This document shows positions 1-11,958 of a stretch of 64,000 nt of DNA, one piece after another; positions within the stretch are counted from its first letter, which is position 1; every line of letters begins with the position of its first letter. The stretch is from Mobula hypostoma (lineage: Eukaryota): contig NC_086108.1 of the NCBI RefSeq assembly GCF_963921235.1, forward strand, positions 72,480,001 through 72,544,000, given 5' to 3'. Below the pieces are notes generated by a model. It saw nothing but the letters and a program-made list of their open reading frames with translations. It searched no databases and was not told where the DNA came from. The position numbers and the translations under genes were made by a program.

Positions 1-875
1 TTTTTCAGTGGAGTGTGTCCTGCACTGTAAATCTCCACGATTAAATTGACAGCCTAATGTAATTCATTATTGTTGCAAATTATCAACAGGACTAGGAGTG
101 TTATTAACAAAGGTAGCATTGGGACGACATGCATTACTTATGGACGGAAATTGGATTATTTCTGACTCAGTGATACAAGGAGCACATCATGTTGAAGATG
201 GTGAATCATATGCAATTTAGAGTGTTCCTGCTGGGACATCATTTTTATTTTATAACTTACCATCCTGCCACATCACCACAGTAATAGAGACTGCTAGCAG
301 GTGGTTCTGTGGTCTGCATCGTGAAAGCGTGAAACATGCTGGAGGTCAGACGGGGGTATTTCACACTTAAATCATCATTATTAGCACCCCTCAGCATGGC
401 CTCCTTCACTTCAATAAGGCTCTCATTAAAAAGGTTAGTTCAGCTAAGCTGTTTGTTTTTCTCTTTTTTTTCACACTGTTTATTGTATTTGTATTTTAAT
501 TCATTTACAATAGGTCAATGTTTTAAATTAACACATTGTTTTTAATTTATTTTAATTATTTAACTTGCCTATTTTTAAATGTTTCTGGATTTGGAATGCT
601 CAGAAAATTATAGTATGTGGAATATCACGAGGAGGTGGTAAGTAAATTATACCAGGATATTAATATTCCATACAAATGATGCTGAATGGAAATTATATAA
701 GACATGAGAATGCCATTTGCAAAATAGGGATTGGTCTGATGAAAGTCACTTAAATATTTTATTTTTGGAAAGCCATTTAATTTGCCACCACCCACCCCAA
801 ACCGTAACACAATTCGTTTTAATCATTTGTGCTCTGAATATCATTGGCTAGGCTGCTATTTGGGGTAATTGGTTT

Positions 876-3800
876 ACAAACAGAAGCAATGAGAAGTGAG
901 ATTGCTGGCAAGGAGAGGCTGATGACAGGGCAAAATTGCAGTCAATAGGATGAGTTGCAATGTAAAAGGTGGCTAAGATTGAAAAGGGTGATTGAATACA
1001 GGTTTGAAGGTGTTACATTTGAATGCACACAGTGCATAGAATAAGGGTGATGTACTTGAAGCACAGTTACAGCACAAAAATGCAATCAAAGCATTAGAAA
1101 GCGGTGACACAGAGTTGGAAGGTGTAGAATTGTTGTGAGTAGGGTTAAGAAGCTGCGAAGGTAAAATGACCCTATGGGAGTTGTATACAGACCTCTGCGC
1201 AGTAGCAAAGATATGGGCTTCAAATTACAATATGAGATAGAAAATGCATGTCAAAATTGCAACGTTGCGATAGTCAGAAACAGAGTAAGGTTTCTCATCA
1301 CCGGCATGTGTTGTGAAATTTGTTAACTTAGCAGCAGCAGTTCAATGCAATACATAATATAGAAGAAAAATAAATAAATCAATTACAGTAAATGTACATC
1401 GGAGATTAAAAATTGTGCAAAAACAGAAACAATACATATTGGAAAAAGTGAGGTAGTGTTCGTAGGCTCAACGTCCATCCAGAAATCTGATGGCAGAGGG
1501 GAAGAAGCTGTTCCTGAATCGCTGAGTGTGAGCCTTCAGGCTTCCGTACCTCCTACCTGATGGTAACAGTGAGAAAAGGGCATGCCTTGGGTGCTGGAGG
1601 TCCTTAATAATGGACACTGCCTCTCTTCTTGAAGATGTCCTGGGTACTTTGTAGGCTTGTAACCAAGGTGGAGTTAACTAAACCCACAACTGTCTGCAGC
1701 TTCCTTCAGTCCTGGGGGATTTCAATATGTAGGTAGGTTGGGAAAATCATTACATCTGTGATGGATGCTAAGAGGGGGTAATTTGTAGAAAAAGATCACT
1801 TTTTAGAGCAGCTCATGGTGAAGCCTACTCGGGGATCAGCTATTCTGGATTGGATGTTGTGTAATGAATTGGAATTGATTAGAGAGTTTAAGGTAAAGGA
1901 ACACTCAGGGGACAGTGATCATAATTTGATAGAATGCACCCTGCAATTTGAGATGGAGATGCTAAAGTCAAATATATCAGCATTATAGTGGGGAAAAAAG
2001 GAATTACAGAGAATCATATAAGAGAGGGGCTGGTCGAAAAGGACTGGAAGGGAACACTAGCAGGGACGATGGCAGAGCACCAATGGCTGGAGTTTCTGGG
2101 AGCAATTCAGAAGGGGCAGGATGGATATATCCTCAAAGAAGAAAAGGTATTCTAAAGGCAGGATGGCACAACCATGGCTGACAAGAGAAGCCAAAGCCAA
2201 CATAAAAGCCAAAAAGAAGGCACATAATAGAGCAAAAATTTAGTGGGAAGTTAGAAATTGGGAAGCTTTTAAAAAAACAACAGAAGGTAATTAAAAATTC
2301 ACAAATAAAGAAACTATGGAATATGAAGGTAAGCTAGCCAATAATATCAAAGAGGATACCAAATGTTACTTCAGATATATAAAGTGTAAAAGAGAGGTGT
2401 GTAGATATTGAACCACTAGAAAATGATACTGGAAAGGTAGTAATGGGTGACAAGGAAATGACAAAAGAACTGAATAAGTATTTTGCATCAGTTTTCACTA
2501 TGGAAGACACTAGCAGTATGCCAGAAGTTGTGATTGTCAGCAGACAGAAGTGAGTGAAGTTGTTATTACTACAGAGATGGTGCTTGGGAAACTGAAAGGT
2601 CTAAAGTGGATAAGTCACCCAGACCTGATGGTCTACAACCCAGGGTTCTGAAAGAGGTGACTGAAGAGATTGTGGAGGCATTATTAATGATGTTTCAAGA
2701 ATCATTTGTTTCTGGCATGGTTCTGGATGACTGGGAAATTACAAAGTCACTGCACTCTTCAAAAAGGGAGCGAGGCAGAGAAAGGGAATTATAGGCCAGT
2801 TAGTCTGACCTCAGTGGTTGGAAAGATGTTGGAGTCAATTGTTAAGGATGTAGTTTCGGGATACTTGAAGGCACATGATAAATTAAGTTGATGTCAGCAT
2901 GGTTTCCTTGAGGGCAAATTTTGCCTTAAAAATCTGTTTGAGTTCTTTGAAGAAATAACAAGCAGGTTAGACAATGGAGAATCGGTGAATGTTTACTCAG
3001 ATTTTCAGAAGACATTTGACAAGGTGCCACATATGAGGCAGCTTAACAAGTTAAGAGCCCATGGTATTACAGAAAAGATACTAGCATGGATGGAGCATTG
3101 GCTGATTGGTGAAAGCAAAGAGTGGGAATAAGGAAGCCCTTTCTGGTTAGCTGCTGGTGACCCACGGTGTTCCACGGGTCCGCGTTGAAACCATTTCTTT
3201 ATAAGTTATGTAACAATGATTTGGTGATAGAATTGATGGCTCTGTGGCCAAGTTTGCAGACGATATGGATATAGGTGAAGGGGCAGGTAATATTGAGGAC
3301 GCAGAGAGACTGCAAAAGGAGCTAAACTGATGACAAATGGAGATAAAATTCAAAAATGTAATTGCAAAGGGATTTGGGAGTTGAAGTGCAGGATTCCCTA
3401 AAGGTTAATTTGCAGGTTGAGTCGACGGTGAGGAAGGCAAATGCAATGTTAGCATTCATTTCAAGAGGACTAGAATATAAAAGCAAGACTGTAATGTTGA
3501 GACTTTATAAGCACTGGTGAGGCCTCACTTGAGTATTGTGAGCAGTTTTGGGCCCCTTATCTAAGAAAGGATGTGCTGACATTGGAGAGGATTCAAAGGA
3601 GGTTCATGAAAATGATTCCAGCATTGAAAGGCTTATCATATGACGAACGTTTGATGGCGCTGGGCCTATACTCACTGGAATTCAGAAGAATGATTAAGGT
3701 TTCAATGAGATCCCATTGAATGTAGAAAGTACTCAATAGAGTGGATGTTCCCTGTGGTTGGAGTTTCTTAGGCAAGATGGCACAACCTCAGAATAGAGGG

Positions 3801-4062
3801 ATGTCCATTTTGAATGGAGATGAGGAGGAATTTCTTTTAACCAGAGAGTGGTGAACTTGTGGTATTTGTTGTCACAGGCAGCTGTGGAGGCCAAGCCATT
3901 GGGTATACTTAAGGCTGAGGTTGATAGATTCTTGATTAGCCAGGGCATGAAGGGATATGGGGAGAAGGCAGGAGACTGAGAGGAAAATGGATCAGTCATG
4001 ATGAAATAGTGGAGCAGACTTGATGGGCCAAATAATTCTACTCGTATATCTTATGGTCTTGG
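876..4062 (+). mobile_element. CR1-clade LINE, near full-length decayed ORF2 (APE endonuclease + RT), interrupted by a Rex1/Babar fragment
   Basis: EN start GLKVLHLNAHS near 1000; GDFN motif split at 1276/1713; ORF pieces DKSPRPDGLQPRVLKEV and NYRPVSLTSVVGKMLE; KFADD near 3250; CR1-type 3' end near 4060; many stops and frameshifts. Confidence 0.93.
1277..1712 (-). mobile_element. Rex1/Babar LINE 3' fragment nested in CR1
   Basis: Minus strand reads HALFSLLPSGRRYGSLKAHTQRFRNSFFPSAIRFL, the Rex1/Babar C-terminus; splits the CR1 'atagtca|tgggggatttcaat' motif. Confidence 0.85.
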
Positions 4063-4169
4063 TGCCTATTCTTGTGTCTACTCGAGTAGGCAACTGTGGG
4101 CCACATTTTGGTGTTTGAAGTCAGGTAATGTTCAGAATGCAGTTGGGTTTCTATAACAAAATGGATGCC

Positions 4170-4400
4170 ATGGCTCAACTGGTTGTAATCTGTCATCTGA
4201 GTCCTGGCCTATGGGTTCTGAAGCTCATGCTATAAGCACAATCTAAGGTGACTCCAGTGCAATTATGGGCAAGTGCTGTACTGTCAGAATCAATATGTTT
4301 CAGGTGAAATATTAACCCTAATGACTCAAGTAGTCATAATTGTCCCATCCAAAGGACAACAGGTTTATCCATGGTGTGTCAGCCAAAAGTTTCAACATTA
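4170..4400 (+). mobile_element. Ancient Deu-domain SINE relic (AmnSINE/SacSINE-like)
   Basis: Degenerate resemblance, from memory, to the Deu core 'gcacaatctaaggtgactccagtgca...gtgctgtactgtcaga...ggtgaaatattaacc', preceded by a tRNA-like TGGCTCAACTGG box. Confidence 0.45.
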
Positions 4401-5952
4401 CAAAGTAGAATAGATTATTTGGATATTATTGCATGAGGGGTGGGGGTTGGGTCGTAACCACGTACAGCCACTGTGTTCATTTGCAATGCATTATAATGAC
4501 CTGGGTTTTACAAAACTTTGATCAAAATGTTTAATTTTACCAGTGGCAGATAATGGGCATTAAATCAGATATTGCCCTGTTTGTACCCCCCACAAATTAA
4601 ACATTTCTGCCTTAGGTTCCAAAAATATTGTTGATGTTTTTTTTTGGTAGATCTCAACTGACTTCTCAGATTTGAGTAGTATTTGTCAGTTGGGTTCATA
4701 AATCTTTCCATGGGTAAATGGCTGAAGCTTGCTCCCCACCACCTGCCGAGTGCCTATAGAAGTGTAGTTTTCAGCCGGGCGATGCATTCCAGTCCATGGA
4801 TCCAATAATAGAATACAGCACCTAGGGAGGCTGCTCAGCTCACAGTGTTGGTAGAGTACCCGATTACTAACCTGCTTTCTGTCATGGGATTTTGTTTTCC
4901 CTTTCCAGGTAGTTAACTAGTTCTTCCCTAGATGTTACAATTTGCTTTCATGAGTCCTTGGAGTCACACATTCAAAATAGTTCAAGTTTGTTGTCATGGG
5001 CATCCATACACAAGGCATAACTGCCATGAAAATTGGTTCTTTACAGCCGCCAAGATGTACTTGTACAGATCATTTCATTGGGCAATTCATTAAGGGCATT
5101 GTATAATGAGGTAAACTCTGCATAGTCTAAAATCCCAGATACCATTCTGTGAATTCTTAAATCTGTAGATTAATTGTTCCTTATGGAATTTTAAAAAAAA
5201 CTGTAAGATCGCTAGATATGTGAATAATGGAAAAGTAAAAAGTTCCTATTTTGACATCCAGTGTCAATGTGAGGTGAGGCCTTAAAGAAGTGGAGAATGA
5301 AGCCTTCTTCATTTTTTCACAGATCGGTGCAGTAATGCAGTTGACCGTCAACATCATCAGAAATGCCTTTCCTAACCAGGCGTTTTGTACAGTCCCTGAG
5401 GAATGTTTTCTATTTAGTGAGCCAGACCTGATTATATCTGATCTTTACATTTGGAAATGGAATGCAATAGAAGACTTCCATTAGCAGCAGTAGCTATGTT
5501 TTATTTCTAATATTTAGCAAGGTTATTGATGAGGGAATGTATTTTATAGCAGCAGTTTTTTAAAAAAAAAGCAAATTGGAGAAATTGCTCATCATGTGAT
5601 TGCTTTAATCTAGAAGTTTTAAATACTGCTCACTCTGCAGCAACAGTAACTACCTGTAGAGCAGTGACTTTGGATTGCTGGTACTAAATAAGTCATCTCA
5701 GAGTAATGGCTTATTTCTCCACCAACTGAACAGAGAGTAAACAATCTGCTTTACTGCCACACAGCTGGAGCATCGGTAACAAAGCACAACTTATCAGCAA
5801 AGCATTGGACCAGACGTTCACGAACTTTGAACATAGACAAAATTAAAATTGTATGGACCTTTGCATTGTTCCATTGAGAGGATTCAATGTCGATTAGGCA
5901 GGTGAACAGATGAGGCTTTCCCTATTGCTGTTGGATTTTTCCTGCACAAATA

Positions 5953-6007
5953 TAATAGACAATAGGTGCAGGACTAGACCATTCGGCCCTTTAAGCCAGC
6001 ACTGCCA
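5953..6007 (-). mobile_element. CR1 extreme 3' end fragment
   Basis: 'aatagacaataggtgcaggactagaccattcggccc' is the reverse complement of a CR1 3' tail and stem-loop. Confidence 0.65.
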
Positions 6008-6507
6008 GCATCATAGCTATGAGGTACAAAAGGATCCGTTTTCACCAGCTGATGAAAACTGAATTCAGTAGGAAATAATATAGGGAAAAAAAGCTGCTGA
6101 AGTAATGATATTCTGGCTATGTGTATCTTTAGCATTATTTATTATGATACAGTATATGTAACATTCAATAAGCAGAACTTCAACTTACTCTTATTATTAA
6201 TTTGTCAGTTGCCTATATGATGTTGAAATGAATCTTTTAAAATACTTAGCGCAAAAGTGATGATGTATGTTTTGCCTACCGGTCGTCTGGGCCAGCGTTT
6301 TTTTCCTTTTTCCAGCAGGATTTCAGTGTTATTCTTGTACGCCTTTAATGGAGGTAATTTATTTTCCTATTGATTGTGGGGCAGATATGAAACCATTTAT
6401 TGACAGCCTTCAATTGGGTTGTGATTGCTTTTGCTACCCAGCCCAAAGGTGCTCTCATTTTCGCATGAATTGGCACTATATCAACAGCCACGCCTACAGA
6501 AAATAAA

Positions 6508-6760
6508 AACACAATTGCAGATGCTGGAAATCTGAAATAAAAACAGGCTGAAATAAAATCTGAAATATAAACAAGCAAAGTGAGTATGCCCACAAGAAAC
6601 CAAATCTCAGTATTGAATAGTAATCTGGAACCATACTGTATATATACTTCAATAATAAATTTACTTTGAACTTGCGAACATGCTGGAAGCACTCGACAGG
6701 TCAGGCAGTATCTGTGGTAAAAGAAACAGTGTTAACATTTCAGGTGGTGTCCCTTCATTT
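6508..6760 (-). mobile_element. Old Penelope-like terminal-repeat relic with a short Rex-type tail inserted
   Basis: 'tgcagatgctggaaatctg' and 'gctggaagcactcgacaggtcaggcagtatctgtgg' resemble the PLE repeat at 56165-56260. Confidence 0.55.
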
Positions 6761-9512
6761 TTCCTCTCTTTCTTTCAATAATCTTTTAAACAGAAGGCTT
6801 CTTAAGCATTGAGGTAATCTTAGCAACCGTAGCTTCATCTGAGCTGCTACTTTCCCATTGTCCTACGTATACTGCTCCTCACCCAATTTAAAACTAACCT
6901 GTTTTTTCATATTTGCAGTCCTGATGAATGGCCTTTAACTTGCTGTGTGTTTCTAGCATTTTACAGTTGTAACCTCACCTACTACCAAACAGCTGATGTA
7001 AAGAAGCAGGATATCACAGTGCTGCAGGGGCAAAATCATCTCAAGTTCTGGCTAAGATATTTGAAAAGGGGAAAGTAGAGTTAAGAGTCCAAATTAAAAT
7101 GGTGTTTATTTGACTTTGTTTAAAAGGCAACATTTTGCAGCACTTTCTACATTCCCAACATTGATCACTTCTGCAAGAGTTTAGAATTGAGAAGCTAACA
7201 ATATCTAGTGCAAATCCTCATTTAGTTCCATTTCCCAACGCTGTACTGAAATGTACATTAATCGGTTTCATACCAGTTATCAGCACCATTACTATGAGTA
7301 GTAAATTTCCATTTTCATTCAATAGATTCCACTTTTCCCTCAGGTGATCTGTTGGAATCCTCATCCATGTCTTTTATACTTGAGCAAACAATATACCATT
7401 AATGGACCTCCCATTTTCTATCCTCCATCAATTCAAGGTTGTTCAATCTATTTCTGCTTGTGCTCCAAGCAGCAACATGTCAGGCTATTCTTTACCCCTG
7501 CTCTCACTGATCTAGATTGACTCCCAGTTATGGGGTGGTTCAGTGTTAAAGTTCTCAGCTTTGTTTTCAGATCCCTGCACTGTATTGGCCCTCCTTTTCC
7601 TTAGCATTGTAATCCTCTGGGGTGACTATACTCCTCCTGTTCTGGTTTCCTGGGTGTCCCTGAATTCATTCACTCATTCCATCATGAGTCTTGTACAATC
7701 AGCCACTCAGTTCCCGAGTTCTGGAATTCCATCTTTAAACCCGCCTGGTGGAAAGATGGCAAGGCAACTGCCTCTCTTTGTTCTTCGACCATCTTTATGG
7801 CCTTGTCATGGAATTATGTGCCATTGTTGGGGAACATGGTTGAAAAGTTACTTTGACTTTTAGCAACTCAGCCAAATCTTTCCACTTTAGCATAGCAGAA
7901 GTTCATAGAATTCAGCTACTGTGATCACTATGACTGAAATTTTGTGGTGATCCTTTTCATTGCTTGGGTGCATTTGGGAAACTCCTATGAAATCCCAGAG
8001 AAGATGGATCAATCTTCCCTGAACTCTTAACACAATCATCCCACCAATGCACTTTGCAAAATATTCTTTAGCAACATGTATGAAAAAGAATAAACAGTCA
8101 ACATTTTAAGCCTAACCTGCTGAGTGCCTCCAGCATTCAGTGTAAGCTGCTTTGGTTTTCCAACATCTGCAGACTTTCTCATGTTTATTCTTTAGCAAGC
8201 TTTTTGTAAATGTTGTTGATACTGGTGTCTTGAATCTTGTTTTTAGGTTTGGCTAATTCTCTCCTTCTACTTTGCACATCTGCAATAATATTATGTCCTA
8301 TGAGAATTGAGGACTGGAGAGAGCCCAGACCCAACTGGTACCAATGAATAAATTAAGTTCTTCAATCGAGTTGCAAATGAATGGTAGACAACTGGATAAA
8401 AGTAACTACTTTTTCCTACTTAAGTCTAACTGTTAAAAGTATTGAGCTTTGTGATTTTACATAAATATCATTATGCTGTAAACTTTCACTATAAGGACAG
8501 GCTGATGAACTTTGTGTTTTTTTAAGAAGTTGTTTAGTTGTTTAACTTTCTCTGTGGGGCAGGCTAAACAAGTAGATAAGCTATTTTTTTGAAAGCTGAA
8601 GGACGGGGTCATTAAAGGACTCAAAGATAACTGCTGCTACCAGGTGCGGTCTTTCATGGTTCAGGGTGATCAAACTGAGACAGTACAAAAGAATAACAAC
8701 ATAACTTGATAGGGCATTATTACTGTGGAAAAATATCCCAGGGTGTTTCACAAAGCTAAAACAGTTAACAATTATGTGAAAATAAAAGAGATACTGCATT
8801 TGGAATCAGGAAACATTACTTGCTGTTTTGCAACATATCTGACCTGTATCTTCTGTAGATTTTGATTGAAGTCTGTTGAGGATGAGAGAGGTAGAAGGGC
8901 ATAACTCCTGCCCTAATCTTAAACCTAAGGGAGGGTTAATTTCAAATAATCCCTTTCTCTTGAGGTTCGAGCCTGGATGACTGAGTGGAGAAGAGATTGG
9001 GAAATATACAAGAGGCAAAAGTTGAAGGAATGCAAAATTAGTTTTACAATATAAAATTCCAAGCTATGATAACTAATTGGTGTGAATTCTCCCACTGATG
9101 TGTACTCAATGTCACGATTGATTCATGGAGAACTATTAATATTAGTCTTAAAAAGCTTTATGGTAACATTTCAAATTAGACAAAATTGCACAGATGAACT
9201 GAACTGGCATTAAATCTTCAGATGAGAATATACGATTTAATCATTTGGGAATTTTGTATCTTAAAATGCTTTTGGCATTTTTACAAATTCACTTCAGCAG
9301 CTGTGAAATAACTTTTGCAAATCTCGGTGGTGCCAAATTAAAATTTACTGCTGAGAATTACAGCCAAGTAAGTTATGTTGTCCCATAATCCTTTGGAATC
9401 CCCAAGGATGCCGCTGGGTTTAATGAATTTTGTTAGATTTAACATCTGGTTCAGATTCTCTAACTTGTTATGATTTGTATTGATTAATAATCATCCTTCA
9501 ATTAGTTTTCTA

Positions 9513-9765
9513 TCATTCTGTGGGTGAAAACACCTCGTTAATGGAAGAGGTTAGAGGAGAATGGCTAGACTGAGTCCGGGTAACAGGAAGGCAACAGTAA
9601 CTCAAGTAACCATGCGTGACAACAGTGGTGTGCAGGAGAGCATTTCTGAATGCACCACACGTCACACCTTGAGGTGAATGGGATCCAGCAGCAGAAGACC
9701 ATGAGCATGCACTCAGTGGCCACTTTATTAGGTACAGGAGTTACAGATAAAGTAGCCACTGAGTG
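9513..9765 (+). mobile_element. Tc1/mariner non-autonomous derivative (transposase fragment ending in a double-TIR hairpin)
   Basis: Decayed Tc1 transposase segment (RGxRRMARL...RKATVTQVT...TTRHTL...MGSSSRRP) followed by cactcagtggccactttatt...ataaagtagccactgagtg (9710-9765). Confidence 0.8.
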
Positions 9766-10201
9766 TGAAATAAATCGCACGGTTCAGGGAAATTCATGTG
9801 ATGTCCAGGCCTAGGTTTATCACTCATTCAGCAATATTACATCAGATCATCAGATTATTTAATTTTATTGTTTATATATGGGATTGGACTGTTGTGCACA
9901 TTGGATTCAATGGCAATAACATTTCAAAAGATAGTTAAATTGGCTTTTGAGATGTTCTGACCCATGAAGAAAGTGATATAAATTTAGGTTCATTCTTTGT
10001 TGATTTAAACATCACAGAACGAAGTGACAAAGCTTGACAACTTCTGAAGGCGAAGTAAAATTCTGAGCAGTGATTAATTGTTGACACATGACAATAAATC
10101 TTGATTTCATACAACTGGTATAAAATTGATGAGAACAAGTTAGGAATCTGCTTGGTCGTTCTCCTAATTCTTCTTTCTATTATGGATGTTGTAGGTAGCT
10201 A

Positions 10202-10516
10202 CACTTAGTGGCCACTTTACAGCTGTACACCTAGTTAATGCAAATATCTGATCAGCCAATCGTATGGCAGCAACTCGTACATAAAGACATGCAGGCATGG
10301 TTAAGAGGTTTAGTTGTTGTACAGACCAAACATCAGAATGGGGAAGAAATCTGATCTCTGTGACCTTGATAGTGGAATGATTGTCAGTGCCAGACGGGAT
10401 GGGTTGTGCATCTCAGAAACTGCTGCTCCCCTGCGATTTTCACGCACACCAGTCTCTATAGTTTACAAAGAACAGACAGCCTGGTTCAAGGTGCCTAATA
10501 AAGTGGACACTGAGTG
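10202..10516 (+). mobile_element. Tc1-derived MITE with TIRs and TA target duplication
   Basis: TA|cacttagtggccacttta ... taaagtggacactgagtg|TA; internal ORF MGKKSDLCDLDSGMIVSARRDGLCISETA is a Tc1 N-terminal HTH region. Confidence 0.9.
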
Positions 10517-11190
10517 TATTTTACACTGACACGGTGAACAATGACTGACTATAATAATAAAACATTATTTTGGCTTCTATGGAAAATCCTGTTTATTTTC
10601 CTTTCTACATCTCACGTTTTAACTGCCTGTGTTAACTAGAAACAGTCAAAAAACAGATAGTTGGTGACCTCTTTCCAACTAGTGTATCTGGATGTATGAT
10701 TCAGTACTGCAAACTTAGAGCCCAGAGAGCAGCTTTGGTCTCTTTGTTTATGTACTTACTTTGGAAACAATTCAGGGAAGGTTCATTGAGTTGTTTCCTG
10801 GAATCGAAGTGTGAATTTGAGGAAAGATTGTGTAAGTTATAGAGTTCAGAAGAGTGGTATGATTTTATCGAAACCTGCGGTATTAGAAGAGAGCTTGATT
10901 GGGTAGATGAAGAGTTTTGAGGAAAACCCAGTGACCTGAAATATTAACTGTGTTTCTCTGTATACAATGTAGCCTAAACTGCAGAAAATTCTGAACATTT
11001 TCTGTGGTTATTAGAATTTTAATGCTTGCAGTATTTTGCTTTCAGTCTAGAGGATGTTTCCCAGTGAGTGGGAGTCCAGGAGATAGACTTTCCAAATGAC
11101 AGGGTGGGGGGAGGTGCGGAGGTTAGGTAGGTCACTAATTTAAGTCAGAGGAGGAGAATTCCTGATCCCAGAGCTACCTGTTGTGGTAAC

Positions 11191-11836
11191 ACACATAAAA
11201 GTTGCTGGTGAACGCAGAGGCCAGGCAGCATCTATTGGAAGAGGTACATTCCATGTCCCATTCCCATTCTGATATGTCTATCCACGGCCTCCTCTACTGT
11301 AAAGATGAAGCCACACTCAGGTTGGAGGAACAACACCTTATATTCCGTCTGGGTAGCCTCCAACCTGATGGCATGAACATTGACTTCTCAAACTTCCGCT
11401 AATGCCCCACCTCCCCCTCGTACCCCATCCGTTATTTATTTTTATACACACATTCTATCTCTCTCTTTCCTTTTTCTCCCTCTGTCCCTCTCACTATAAC
11501 CCTTGCCCATCCTCTGGGCTTTTTCCCCCTCCCCTTTTTCTTTCTCCCTGGGCCTCCTGTCCCACTATCCTCTCATATCCCTTTTGCCAATCAACTGTCC
11601 AGCTCTTGGCTCCATCCCTCCCCCTCCTGTCTTCTCCTATCATTTTGGATCTCCCCCTCCCTCTCCCACTTTCAAATCTCTTACTAGCTGTTCTTTCAGT
11701 TAGTCCTGACGAAGGGTCTCGGCCCGAAGCGTCAACTGTACCTCTTCCTAGAGATGCTGCCTGGCCTGCTGCATTCACCAGCAACTTTGATGTGTGTTGC
11801 TTGAAATTCCAGCATTTGCAGATTTCCTCGTGTTTG
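11191..11836 (+). mobile_element. Penelope-like element, 5'-truncated, with short inverted arm
   Basis: TSD ctgttgtggtaac (11178-11190 / 11837-11849); GIY-YIG endonuclease C-terminus RLEEQHLIFRLGSLQPDGMNIDFSNFR*; 11191-11248 is an inverted copy of ~11737-11795. Confidence 0.92.
11701..11738 (+). ncRNA. Minimal hammerhead ribozyme motif in PLE repeat, degenerate (GAAA changed to GAAG)
   Basis: tagtc CTGACGA a gggt-ctcg-gccc GAAG cg TC aactg; homologous to the intact-core copy at 57108. Confidence 0.6.
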
Positions 11837-11919
11837 CTGTTGTGGTAACCTCTATTTCGAAAAAGGCACACTCGACAACTTCATGCCAAAGAAACAACTT
11901 TATCTCAAACGTCAAAACC

Positions 11920-11923
<4 letters not shown>

Positions 11924-11951
<28 letters not shown>
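11924..11951. repeat. (TA)n microsatellite
   Basis: Uninterrupted TA run. Confidence 0.95.

Positions 11952-11958
<7 letters not shown>

Noticed and set aside
290..385. C/D box snoRNA on the minus strand (ATGATGA...CTGA)
   Set aside because: No terminal D box at a suitable distance and no closing stem
11402..11871. 148-aa and 125-aa overlapping ORFs (and similar ORFs at 56163-57207) as genes
   Set aside because: They are translations of the pyrimidine/purine-skewed PLE terminal repeat, which is poor in stop codons
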